NCBI GenBank assembly: GCA_009914755.4
Contig: CP086569.2
Coordinates: 27,840,001-27,904,000 of the forward strand
Origin: the human T2T-CHM13v2.0 reference genome, Homo sapiens
DNA: 64,000 nucleotides
Direction of reading: 5' to 3'
Positions 27,754-41,560 of this stretch are shown here, in pieces (position 1 is the first letter of the stretch; each line of letters opens with the position of its first letter). The notes beneath the pieces were generated by a model that made no database searches, had not been told where the DNA came from, and saw only the letters and a program-made list of their open reading frames with translations. The translations under genes and the position numbers were made by a program.

Positions 27754-30511
27754 ATGGAATGGAATGGAAAGGAATTGAATGGAATAGATTGGATTGGAAG
27801 GGATTGGAATGCAATGGAATGGAAAGGACTCGAATTTCATGAAACGGAATGGAATGAATTGGAATGGAATGGACTCGAATGGAATGGAATGTCATGGAAT
27901 GGCATCAAATGGAATGGCATCAAATGGAATGGAATCGAATGCAATGGAATGTTATGGAATGGAATGGAATGTATTGGAATGGAATGTCCTCTAATGGAAT
28001 GGATTCGAGTGGAATGGAATCGAATATAATGGAGTCGAATGAAATGGAATTGAAAGGACTGGGATCAAATAGAATGGAATATACTGGAATGTAATGTAAT
28101 GAAGTCGAATGTAATTGACTGGAATGGAATGTACATGAATGGAATGCAATCGAATGGAATAGAATCTAATGCAATAAAACCGACTCAAATGGAATAGAAT
28201 GTAATGGAATGGAGTGCAGTGCAATGGAATGGAATGGAATGGAATGGAATGGAATGGAATGGGATGGAATGGGATGGAATGGTATGGAACGGATAATAAT
28301 GGTCTGGAGGAAATGGACTGGAAAGGAATGGACTCAAATTGAAAGGGATCGAAAGGAATGGGGTCAAATGTAATGGTCTGGAATGGAATGAACTCGAATG
28401 TAATGCAATCCAATAGAATGGAATCGAATGGAATGGAATATAAAGAAATGGAATCGAAGAGAATGGAAACAAATGGAATGGAATTGTATGGAATTGAATC
28501 GAATCGAATCGAATGTAATTGAACGGAAAAAATGCAACTGAATAGAATCGAAAACAATGGATTCGACTGGCATCTAATAGAATGAAATGGAATGCGGTGA
28601 GATGGAGTGGATTGTAATGGAGTTGAATGGAATGGGGTGTAATTGAATTGAATGGAGTGGAGTGGAGTGAACTGGAGTGGAATGGAATGGAATGGGCAGG
28701 CATGGAATTGAAAGGCGTGGAGTGGAGTGGAATTGAGAGGAGTGGAATGCAGTAGGGTGGATTGTATTGGAGAGTATTCGAAAAGAGTGGAGTGGAACGG
28801 AATGGAATGGAGTGGAGTGGAATGGAATGGAATTGAGTGAAGTGGAGTGGAGTGGAATGGAGAGTAATGGAGTGGAGTGGACTTGATTGGAGTAGATAGC
28901 AGTGTATTGGACTGTACGGGATAGAAGGGGCTTGGAGTTCCATGGAGTGGAGTGGAATGGAATGGAATGGAGTGGAATGGATTGGAATGGACTGGAAAGG
29001 AATGGAATGGAATGGATTTAAATGGCAGGGAATCAAATCGAATTGAATCATATTGGAACAATTTGAATCGACTGGAGGAAAGAAATCGAATGAAATCGAA
29101 TGGAATGAATGGAAGAGAGTGCAATGTTATAGAATGGAATGGAGACAGATGGAATGGAATGGAACAGAGAGCAATGGTATAGAATGCAATGGAATCATAT
29201 GAAATGGAATTGAGTGGAATGGAATAATATGAAATGGAATGGAATGGAATGGAATGCCCTTGCATTAAATGGACTGGAATGGAATGGACTCGAACAGAGT
29301 GGAATGGAAAGCATTGAAATAGAATGGAATGGACTCCTTTGGAATGGTCTAGTATGGATGCAATCGACTGGCAGGGAATCAAAAGGAATGTAATCGAATA
29401 GATTGGACTGGAATACAATGGACTCGAATAGATTGGAAACGGAATACAATGGAATGGAATGGAATAGTTTGGAATGGGATGGAATGAAATGGAGTGGAAT
29501 AGACTAGAGTGGAATGGAATGGACTCGAAAGCAATGGACTGGAATGGAACGGTCTTGAATGGACTGGAATCAAACGGAATGGAATGGAATGCAATGCAAT
29601 CAAATGGAATGGAATAAAATAGAATGAAAGAGAATGAAATGGAATTGAATCGAATGGAATCGAATGGATTGGAAAGGAATAGAATGGAATGGAATGGAAT
29701 TGACTCAAATGGAATGGACTAGAATGGAATGGAGTCGAATGGAAGGCAAAGGAATGGAATCTATTGGAATGGACTGTAACGGAATGGAATGGAAGGGATT
29801 GGAATGAACTCGAATGGAATGAACTGCAATAGAAAGGATTCGAATGGAATGAAAAAGAATTGAATGGAATAGAAGAGAATGGAATCAAATCGAATGAAAT
29901 GGAATGGAATAGAAAGGAATGGAATGAAATGGAATGGAAAGGATTCGAATGGAATGCAATCGAATGGAATGGAATCGAACGGAATGGAATAAAATGGAGG
30001 CAAACTGGCAAGAAATGGAATCCAAATGAATGGAGTGTTATGGAACGGACTCCAAAGGAATTGAATGTAATAGAATGGAGTGGAGTGGACTCGAATATAA
30101 TGGACTGGAATGGAATGGAATCACATGGAATGGGAACGAATGGAACGGAATGGAAAGGAATGGAATCGAATGGAAGGGAATGAAATTGAATCAACAGGAA
30201 TGGAAGGGAATAGAATAGACTGTAATGGAATGGACTCGAATAGAAAGGACACGAATGCTCAAATTGAATGGACTCGAATGGAATGGAAACGAATGGAATG
30301 TCATCGAATGGAATTGAATCGATTGGAATGGAATCGCATAGAATGGAGAGGAATGAAATGGAATTGAATCGAATGGAAAGGAACCGAATGGACTGAAATG
30401 AAATGGAATGGAATTGAATGGAAAGTAATGCAATGCAATAGAATGGAACGAAATTTCACGGAATGGAATGAAACAGAATGGAATCAAATCAATGGAATAT
30501 AATGAAATGGA
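27754..30511 (+). repeat. HOR unit 10 (2758 bp, B variant, core)
   Basis: Anchor at 27754. The private variant 'gaaagggatcgaaagg' is shared with unit 15. Confidence 0.7.
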
Positions 30512-33285
30512 ATGGAATGGAATGGAAAGGAATTGAATGGAATAGATTGGATTGGAAGGGATTGGAATGCAATGGAATGGAAAGGAATCGAATTTCATGA
30601 AACGGAATGGAATGAATTGGAAAGGAATGGACTCGAATGGAATGGAATGTCATGGAATGGCATCAAATGGAATGGCATCAAATGGAATGGAATCGATTGC
30701 AATGGAATGTTATGGAATGGAATGGAATGTATTGGAATGGAATGTCCTCTAATGGAATGGATTCGAGTGGAATGGAATCGAATATAATGGAGTCGAATGA
30801 AATGGAATTGAAAGGAATGGGATCAAATAGAATGGAATATACTGGAATGTAATGTAATGAAGTCGAATGTAGTTGACTGGAATGGAATGTACATGAATGG
30901 AATGCCATCGAATGGAATAGAATCTAATGCAATAAAACCGACTCAAATGGAATAGAATGTAATGGAATGGAGTGCAGTGCAATGGAATGGAATGCAATGG
31001 AATGGAATGGAATGGAATGGAATGGAATGGAATGGGATGGAATGGGATGGAATGGTATGGAACGGATAATAATGGTCTGGAGTGAAATGGACTGGAAAGG
31101 AATGGACTCAAATTGAAAGGGCTCGAAAGGAATGGGGTCAAATGTAATGGTCTGGAATGGAATGAACTCGAATGTAATGCAATCCAATAGAATGGAATCG
31201 AATGGAATGGAATATAAATAAATGGAATCGAAGAGAATGGAAACAAATGGAATGGAATTGTATGGAATTGAATCGAATCGAATCGAATGTAATTGAACGG
31301 AAAAAATGCAACTGAATAGAATCGAAAACAATGGATTCGACTGGCATCTAATAGAATGAAATGGAATGCGGTGAGGTGGAGTGGATTGTAATGGAGTTGA
31401 ATGGAATGGGGTGTAATTGAAATGAATGGAGTGGAGTGGAGTGAACTGGAGTGGAATGGAATGGAATGGGCAGGCATGGAATTGAAAGGCGTGGAGTGGA
31501 GTGGAATTGAGAGGAGTGGAATGCAGTAGGGTGGAGTGTAGTGGAGAGTATTCGAAAAGAGTGGAGTGGAACGGAATGGAATGGAGTGGAGTGGAATGGA
31601 ATGGAATTGAGTGAAGTGGAGTGGAGTGGAATGGAGAGTAATGGAGTGGAGTGGACTTGATTGGAGTAGATAGCAGTGCATTGGACTGTACGGGATAGAA
31701 GGGGCTTGGAGTTCCATGGAGTGGAGTGGAATGGAATGGAATGGAGTGGAATGGATTGGAATGGACTGGAAAGGAATGTAATGGAATGGATTTAAATGGC
31801 AGGGAATCAAATCGAATTGAATCATATTGGAACAATTTGAATCGACTGGAGGAAAGAAATCGAATGAAATCGAATGGAATGAATGGAAGAGAGTGCAATG
31901 TTATAGAATGGAATGGAGACAGATGGAATGGAATGGAACAGAGAGCAATGGTATAGAATGCAATGGAATCATATGAAATGGAATTGAGTGGAATGGAATA
32001 ATATGAAATGGAATGGAATGGAATGGAATGCCCTTGCATTAAATGGACTGGAATGGAATGGACTCGAACAGAGTGGAATGGAAAGCATTGAAATAGAATG
32101 GAATGGACTCCTTTGGAATGGTCTAGTATGGATGCAATCGACTGGCAGGGAATCAAAAGGAATGTAATCGAATAGATTGGACTGGAATACAATGGACTCG
32201 AATAGATTGGAAACGGAATGCAATGGAATGGAATGGAATAGTATGGAATGGGATGGAATGAAATGGAGTGGAATAGACTAGAGTGGAATGGAATGGACTC
32301 GAAAGCAATGGACTGGAATGGAACGGTCTTGAATGGACTGGAATCAAACGGAATGGAATGGAATGCAATGCAATCAAATGGAATGGAATAAAATAGAATG
32401 AAAGAGAATGAAATGGAATTGAATCGAATGGAATCGAATGGATTGGAAAGGAATAGAATGGAATGGAATGGAATTGACTCAAATGGAATGGACTAGAATG
32501 GAATGGAGTCGAATGGAAGGCAAAGGAATGGAATCTATTGGAATGGACTGTAACGGAATGGAATGGAAGGGATTGGAATGGACTCGAATGGAATGAACTG
32601 CAATAGAAAGGATTCGAATGGAATGAAAAAGAATTGAATGGAATAGAAGAGAATGGAATCAAATCGAATGAAATGGAATGGAATAGAAAGGAATGGAATG
32701 AAATGGAATGGAAAGGATTCGAATGGAATGCAATCGAATGGAATGGAATCGAACGGAATGGAATAAAATGGAGGCAAACTGGCAAGAAATGGAATCGAAA
32801 TGAATGGAGTGTTATGGAACGGACTCCAAAGGAATTGAATGTAATAGAATGGAGTGGAGTGGACTCGAATATAATGGACTGGAATGGAATGGAATCACAT
32901 GGAATGGGAACGAATGGAATGGAATGGAAAGGAATGGAATCGAATGGAAGGGAATGAAATTGAATCAACAGGAATGGAAGGGAATAGAATAGACTGTAAT
33001 GGAATGGACTCGAATAGAAAGGACACGAATGCTCAAATTGAATGGACTCGAATGGAATGGAAACGAAAGGAATGTCATCGAATGGAATTGAATCGATTGG
33101 AATGGAATCGCATAGAATGGAGAGGAATGAAATGGAATTGAATCGAATGGAAAGGAACCGAATGGACTGAAATGAAATGGAATGGAATTGAATGGAAAGT
33201 AATGCAATGCAATAGAATGGAACGAAATTTCACGGAATGGAATGAAACAGAATGGAATCAAATCAATGGAATATAATGAAATGGA
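30512..33285 (+). repeat. HOR unit 11 (2774 bp, A variant, core)
   Basis: Anchor at 30512. Closely matches unit 4 (offset 19333 bp, seven units). Confidence 0.7.
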
Positions 33286-36038
33286 ATGGAATGGAATGGA
33301 AAGGAATTGAATGGAATAGATTGGATTGGAAGGGATTGGAATGCAATGGAATGGAAAGGACTCGAATTTCATGAAACGGAATGGAATGAATTGGAATGGA
33401 ATGGACTCGAATGGAATGGAATGTCATGGAATGGCATCAAATGGAATGGCATCAAATGGAATGGAATCGAATGCAATGGAATGTTATGGAATGGAATGGA
33501 ATGTATTGGAATGGAATGTCCTCTAATGGAATGGATTCGAGTGGAATGGAATCGAATATAATGGAGTCGAATGAAATGGAATTGAAAGGACTGGGATCAA
33601 ATAGAATGGAATATACTGGAATGTAATGTAATGAAGTCGAATGTAATTGACTGGAATGGAATGTACATGAATGGAATGCAATCGAATGGAATAGAATCTA
33701 ATGCAATAAAACCGACTCAAATGGAATAGAATGTAATGGAATGGAGTGCAGTGCAATGGAATGGAATGGAATGGAATGGAATGGAATGGGATGGGATGGA
33801 ATGGGATGGAATGGTATGGAACGGATAATAATGGTCTGGAGGAAATGGACTGGAAAGGAATGGACTCAAATTGAAAGGGCTCGAAAGGAATGGGGTCAAA
33901 TGTAATGGTCTGGAATGGAATGAACTCGAATGTAATGCAATCCAATAGAATGGAATCGAATGGAATGGAATATAAAGAAATGGAATCGAAGAGAATGGAA
34001 ACAAATGGAATGGAATTGTATGGAATTGAATCGAATCGAATCGAATGTAATTGAACGGAAAAAATGCAACTGAATAGAATCGAAAACAATGGATTCGACT
34101 GGCATCTAATAGAATGAAATGGAATGCGGTGAGATGGAGTGGATTGTAATGGAGTTGAATGGAATGGGGTGTAATTGAATTGAATGGAGTGGAGTGGAGT
34201 GAACTGGAGTGGAATGGAATGGAATGGGCAGGCATGGAATTGAAAGGCGTGGAGTGGAGTGGAATTGAGAGGAGTGGAATGCAGTAGGGTGGATTGTAGT
34301 GGAGAGTATTCGAAAAGAGTGGAGTGGAACGGAATGGAATGGAGTGGAGTGGAATGGAATGGAATTGAGTGAAGTGGAGTGGAGTGGAATGGAGAGTAAT
34401 GGAGTGGAGTGGACTTGATTGGAGTAGATAGCAGTGCATTGGACTGTACGGGATAGAAGGGGCTTGGAGTGCCATGGAGTGGAGTGGAATGGAATGGAGT
34501 GGAGTGGAATGGATTGGAATGGACTGGAAAGGAATGGAATGGAATGGATTTAAATGGCAGGGAATCAAATCGAATTGAATCATATTGGAACAATTTGAAT
34601 CGACTGGAGGAAAGAAATCGAATGAAATCGAATGGAATGAATGGAAGAGAGTGCAATGTTATAGAATGGAATGGAGACAGATGGAATGGAATGGAACAGA
34701 GAGCAATGGTATAGAATGCAATGGAATCATATGAAATGGAATTGAGTGGAATGGAATAATATGAAATGGAATGGAATGGAATGCCCTTGCATTAAATGGA
34801 CTGGAATGGAATGGACTCGAACAGAGTGGAACGGAAAGCATTGAAATAGAATGGAATGGACTCCTTTGGAATGGTCTAGTATGGATGCAATCGACTGGCA
34901 GGGAATCAAAAGGAATGTAATCGAATAGATTGGACTGGAATACAATGGACTCGAATAGATTGGAAACGGAATGCAATGGAATGGAATGGAATAGTATGGA
35001 ATGGGATGGAATGAAATGGAGTGGAATAGACTAGAGTGGAATGGAATGGACTCGAAAGCAATGGACTGGAATGGAACGGTCTTGAATGGACTGGAATCAA
35101 ACGGAATGGAATGGAATGCAATGCAATCAAATGGAATGGAATAAAATAGAATGAAAGAGAATCAAATGGAATTGAATCGAATGGAATCGAATGGATTGGA
35201 AAGGAATAGAATGGAATGGAATGGAATTGACTCAAATGGAATGGACTAGAATGGAATGGAGTCGAATGGAAGGCAAAGGAATGGAATCTATTGGAATGGA
35301 CTGTAATGGAATGGAATGGAAGGGATTGGAATGGACTCGAATGGAATGAACTGCAATAGAAAGGATTCGAATGGAATGAAAAAGAATTGAATGGAATAGA
35401 AGAGAATGGAATCAAATCGAATGAAATGGAATGGAATAGAAAGGAATGGAATGAAATGGAATGGAAAGGATTCGAATGGAATGCAATCGAATGGAATGGA
35501 ATCGAACGGAATGGAATAAAATGGAAGCAAACTGGCAAGAAATGGAATCGAAATGAATGGAGTGTTATGGAACGGACTCCAAAGGAATTGAATGTAATAG
35601 AATGGAGTGGAGTGGACTCGAATATAATGGACTGGAATGGAATGGAATCACATGGAATGGGAACGAATGGAATGGAATGGAAAGGAATGGAATCGAATGG
35701 AAGGGAATGAAATTGAATCAACAGGAATGGAAGGGAATAGAATAGACTGTAATGGAATGGACTCGAATAGAAAGGACACGAATGCTCAAATTGAATGGAC
35801 TCGAATGGAATGGAAACGAATGGAATGTCATCGAATGGAATTGAATCGATTGGAATGGAATCGCATAGAATGGAGAGGAATGAAATGGAATTGAATCGAA
35901 TGGAAAGGAACCGAATGGACTGAAATGAAATGGAATGGAATTGAATGGAAAGTAATGCAATGCAATAGAATGGAACGAAATTTCACGGAATGGAATGAAA
36001 CAGAATGGAATGAAATCAATGGAATATAATGAAATGGA
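33286..36038 (+). repeat. HOR unit 12 (2753 bp, B variant, near-identical to unit 7)
   Basis: Anchor at 33286. The translated six-frame strings over this unit are identical to those of unit 7. Confidence 0.7.
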
Positions 36039-38802
36039 ATGGAATGGAATGGAAAGGAATTGAATGGAATAGATTGGATTGGAAGGGATTGGAATGCAAT
36101 GGAATGGAAAGGAATCGAATTTCATGAAACGGAATGGAATGAATTGGAAAGGAATGGACTCGAATGGAATGGAATGTCATGGAATGGCATCAAATGGAAT
36201 GGCATCAAATGGAATGGAATCGATTGCAATGGAATGTTATGGAATGGAATGGAATGTATTGGAATGGAATGTCCTCTAATGGAATGGATTCGAGTGGAAT
36301 GGAATCGAATATAATGGAGTCGAATGAAATGGAATTGAAAGGAATGGGATCAAATAGAATGGAATATACTGGAATGTAATGTAATGAAGTCGAATGTAAT
36401 TGACTGGAATGGAATGTACATGAATGGAATGCCATCGAATGGAATAGAATCTAATGCAATAAAACCGACTCAAATGGAATAGAATGTAATGGAATGGAGT
36501 GCAGTGCAATGGAATGGAATGCAATGGAATGGAATGGAATGGAATGGAATGGGATGGAATGGGATGGAATGGTATGGAACGGATAATAATGGTCTGGAGT
36601 GAAATGGACTGGAAAGGAATGGACTCAAATTGAAAGGGCTCGAAAGGAATGGGGTCAAATGTAATGGTCTGGAATGGAATGAACTCGAATGTAATGCAAT
36701 CCAATAGAATGGAATCGAATGGAATGGAATATAAATAAATGTAATCGAAGAGAATGGAAACAAATGGAATGGAATTGTATGGAATTGAATCGAATCGAAT
36801 CGAATGTAATTGAACGGAAAAAATGCAACTGAATAGAATCGAAAACAATGGATTCGACTGGCATCTAATAGAATGAAATGGAATGCGGTGAGGTGGAGTG
36901 GATTGTAATGGAGTTGAATGGAATGGGGTGTAATTGAATTGAATGGAGTGGAGTGGAGTGAACTGGAGTGGAATGGAATGGAATGGGCAGGCATGGAATT
37001 GAAAGGCGTGGAGTGGAGTGGAATTGAGAGGAGTGGAATGCAGTAGGGTGGATTGTAGTGGAGAGTATTCGAAAAGAGTGGAGTGGAACGGAATGGAATG
37101 GAGTGGAGTGGAATGGAATGGAATTGAGTGAAGTGGAGTGGAGTGGAATGGAGAGTAATGGAGTGGAGTGGACTTGATTGGAGTAGATAGCAGTGCATTG
37201 GACTGTACGGGATAGAAGGGGCTTGGAGTTCCATGGAGTGGAGTGGAATGGAATGGAATGGAGTGGAATGGATTGGAATGGACTGGAAAGGAATGGAATG
37301 GAATGGATTTAAATGGCAGGGAATCAAATCGAATTGAATCATATTGGAACAATTTGAATCGACTGGAGGAAAGAAATCGAATGAAATCGAATGGAATGAA
37401 TGGAAGAGAGTGCAATGTTATAGAATGGAATGGAGACAGATGGAATGGAATGGAACAGAGAGCAATGGTATAGAATGCAATGGAATCATATGCAATGGAA
37501 TTGAGTGGAATGGAATAATATGAAATGGAATGGAATGGAATGGAATGCCCTTGCATTAAATGGACTGGAATGGAATGGACTCGAACAGAGTGGAATGGAA
37601 AGCATTGAAATAGAATGGAATGGACTCCTTTGGAATGGTCTAGTATGGATGCAATCGACTGGCAGGGAATCAAAAGGAATGTAATCGAATAGATTGGACT
37701 GGAATACAATGGACTCGAATAGATTGGAAACGGAATGCAATGGAATGGAATGGAATAGTATGGAATGGGATGGAATGAAATGGAGTGGAATAGACTAGAG
37801 TGGAATGGAATGGACTCGAAAGCAATGGACTGGAATGGAACGGTCTTGAATGGACTGGAATCAAACGGAATGGAATGGAATGCAATGCAATCAAATGGAA
37901 TGGAATAAAATAGAATGAAAGAGAATGAAATGGAATTGAATCGAATGGAATCGAATGGATTGGAAAGGAATAGAATGGAATGGAATGGAATTGACTCAAA
38001 TGGAATGGACTAGAATGGAATGGAGTCGAATGGAAGGCAAAGGAATGGAATCTATTGGAATGGACTGTAACGGAATGGAATGGAAGGGATTGGAATGGAC
38101 TCGAATGGAATGAACTGCAATAGAAAGGATTCGAATGGAATGAAAAAGAATTGAATGGAATAGAAGAGAATGGAATCAAATCGAATGAAATGGAATGGAA
38201 TAGAAAGGAATGGAATGAAATGGAATGGAAAGGATTCGAATGGAATGCAATCGAATGGAATGGAATCGAACGGAATGGAATAAAATGGAGGCAAACTGGC
38301 AAGAAATGGAATCGAAATGAATGGAGTGTTATGGAACGGACTCCAAAGGAATTGAATGTAATAGAATGGAGTGGAGTGGACTCGAATATAATGGACTGGA
38401 ATGGAATGGAATCACATGGAATGGGAACGAATGGAATGGAATGGAAAGGAATGGAATCGAATGGAAGGGAATGAAATTGAATCAACAGGAATGGAAAGGA
38501 ATAGAATAGACTGTAATGGAATGGACTCGAATAGAAAGGACACGAATGCTCAAATTGAATGGACTCGAATGGAATGGAAACGAATGGAATGTCATCGAAT
38601 GGAATTGAATCGATTGGAATGGAATCGCATAGAATGGAGAGGAATGAAATGGAATTGAATCGAATGGAAAGGAACCGAATGGACTGAAATGAAATGGAAT
38701 GGAATTGAATGGAAAGTAATGCAATGCAATAGAATGGAACGAAATTTCACGGAGTGGAATGAAACAGAATGGAATCAAATCAATGGAATATAATGAAATG
38801 GA
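36039..38802 (+). repeat. HOR unit 13 (2764 bp, A variant, near-identical to unit 8)
   Basis: Anchor at 36039. The 1434-bp stretch 36276-37709 translates identically to 22469-23902. Confidence 0.7.
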
Positions 38803-41560
38803 ATGGAATGGAATGGAAAGGAATTGAATGGAATAGATTGGATTGGAAGGGATTGGAATGCAATGGAATGGAAAGGACTCGAATTTCATGAAACGGAATG
38901 GAATGAATTGGAATGGAATGGACTCGAATGGAATGGAATGTCATGGAATGGCATCAAATGGAATGGCATCAAATGGAATGGAATCGAATGCAATGGAATG
39001 TTATGGAATGGAATGGAATGTATTGGAATGGAATGTCCTCTAATGGAATGGATTCGAGTGGAATGGAATCGAATATAATGGAGTCGAATGAAATGGAATT
39101 GAAAGGACTGGGATCAAATAGAATGGAATATACTGGAATGTAATGTAATGAAGTCGAATGTAATTGACTGGAATGGAATGTACATGAATGGAATGCAATC
39201 GAATGGAATAGAATCTAATGCAATAAAACCGACTCAAATGGAATAGAATGTAATGGAATGGAGTGCAGTGCAATGGAATGGAATGGAATGGAATGGAATG
39301 GAATGGAATGGGATGGAATGGGATGGAATGGTATGGAACGGATAATAATGGTCTGGAGGAAATGGACTGGAAAGGAATGGACTCAAATTGAAAGGGCTCG
39401 AAAGGAATGGGGTCAAATGTAATGGTCTGGAATGGAATGAACTCGAATGTAATGCAATCCAATAGAATGGAATCGAATGGAATGGAATATAAAGAAATGG
39501 AATCGAAGAGAATGGAAACAAATGGAATGGAATTGTATGGAATTGAATCGAATCGAATCGAATGTAATTGAACGGAAAAAATGCAACTGAATAGAATCGA
39601 AAACAATGGATTCGACTGGCATCTGATAGAATGAAATGGAATGCGGTGAGGTGGAGTGGATTGTAATGGAGTTGAATGGAATGGGGTGTAATTGAATTGA
39701 ATGGAGTGGAGTGGAGTGAACTGGAGTGGAATGGAATGGAATGGGCAGGCATGGAATTGAAAGGCGTGGAGTGGAGTGGAATTGAGAGGAGTGGAATGCA
39801 GTAGGGTGGATTGTAGTGGAGAGTATTCGAAAAGAGTGGAGTGGAACGGAATGGAATGGAGTGGAGTGGAATGGAATGGAATTGAGTGAAGTGGAGTGGA
39901 GTGGAATGGAGAGTAATGGAGTGGAGTGGACTTGATTGGAGTAGATAGCAGTGCATTGGACTGTACGGGATAGAAGGGGCTTGGAGTTCCATGGAGTGGA
40001 GTGGAATGGAATGGAATGGAGTGGAATGGATTGGAATGGACTGGAAAGGAATGGAATGGAATGGATTTAAATGGCAGGGAATCAAATCGAATTGAATCAT
40101 ATTGGAACAATTTGAATCGACTGGAGGAAAGAAATCGAATGAAATCGAATGGAATGAATGGAAGAGAGTGCAATGTTATAGAATGGAATGGAGACAGATG
40201 GAATGGAATGGAACAGAGAGCAATGGTATAGAATGCAATGGAATCATATGAAATGGAATTGAGTGGAATGGAATAATATGAAATGGAATGGAATGGAATG
40301 GAATGCCCTTGCATTAAATGGACTGGAATGGAATGGACTCGAACAGAGTGGAATGGAAAGCATTGAAATAGAATGGAATGGACTCCTTTGGAATGGTCTA
40401 GTATGGATGCAATCGACTGGCAGGGAATCAAAAGGAATGTAATCGAATAGATTGGACTGGAATACAATGGACTCGAATAGATTGGAAACGGAATGCAATG
40501 GAATGGAATGGAATAGTATGGAATGGGATGGAATGAAATGGAGTGGAATAGACTAGAGTGGAATGGAATGGACTCGAAAGCAATGGACTGGAATGGAACG
40601 GTCTTGAATGGACTGGAATCAAACGGAATGGAATGGAATGCAATGCAATCAAATGGAATGGAATAAAATAGAATGAAAGAGAATGAAATGGAATTGAATC
40701 GAATGGAATCGAATGGATTGGAAAGGAATAGAATGGAATGGAATGGAATTGACTCAAATGGAATGGACTAGAATGGAATGGAGTCGAATGGAAGGCAAAG
40801 GAATGGAATCTATTGGAATGGACTGTAACGGAATGGAATGGAAGGGATTGGAATGGACTCGAATGGAATGAACTGCAATAGAAAGGATTCGAATGGAATG
40901 AAAAAGAATTGAATGGAATAGAAGAGAATGGAATCAAATCGAATGAAATGGAATGGAATAGAAAGGAATGGAATGAAATGGAATGGAAAGGATTCGAATG
41001 GAATGCAATCGAATGGAATGGAATCGAACGGAATGGAATAAAATGGAGGCAAACTGGCAAGAAATGGAATCGAAATGAATGGAGTGTTATGGAACGGACT
41101 CCAAAGGAATTGAATGTAATAGAATGGAGTGGAGTGGACTCGAATATAATGGACTGGAATGGAATGGAATCACATGGAATGGGAACGAATGGAATGGAAT
41201 GGAAAGGAATGGAATCGAATGGAAGGGAATGAAATTGAATCAACAGGAATGGAAGGGAATAGAATAGACTGTAATGGAATGGACTCGAATAGAAAGGACA
41301 CGAATGCTCAAATTGAATGGACTCGAATGGAATGGAAACGAATGGAATGTCATCGAATGGAATTGAATCGATTGGAATGGAATCGCATAGAATGGAGAGG
41401 AATGAAATGGAATTGAATCGAATGGAAAGGAACCGAATGGACTGAAATGAAATGGAATGTAATTGAATGGAAAGTAATGCAATGCAATAGAATGGAACGA
41501 AATTTCACGGAATGGAATGAAACAGAATGGAATCAAATCAATGGAATATAATGAAATGGA
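38803..41560 (+). repeat. HOR unit 14 (2758 bp, B variant, near-identical to unit 9)
   Basis: Anchor at 38803. Shares the 'catctgatag' variant. Confidence 0.7.
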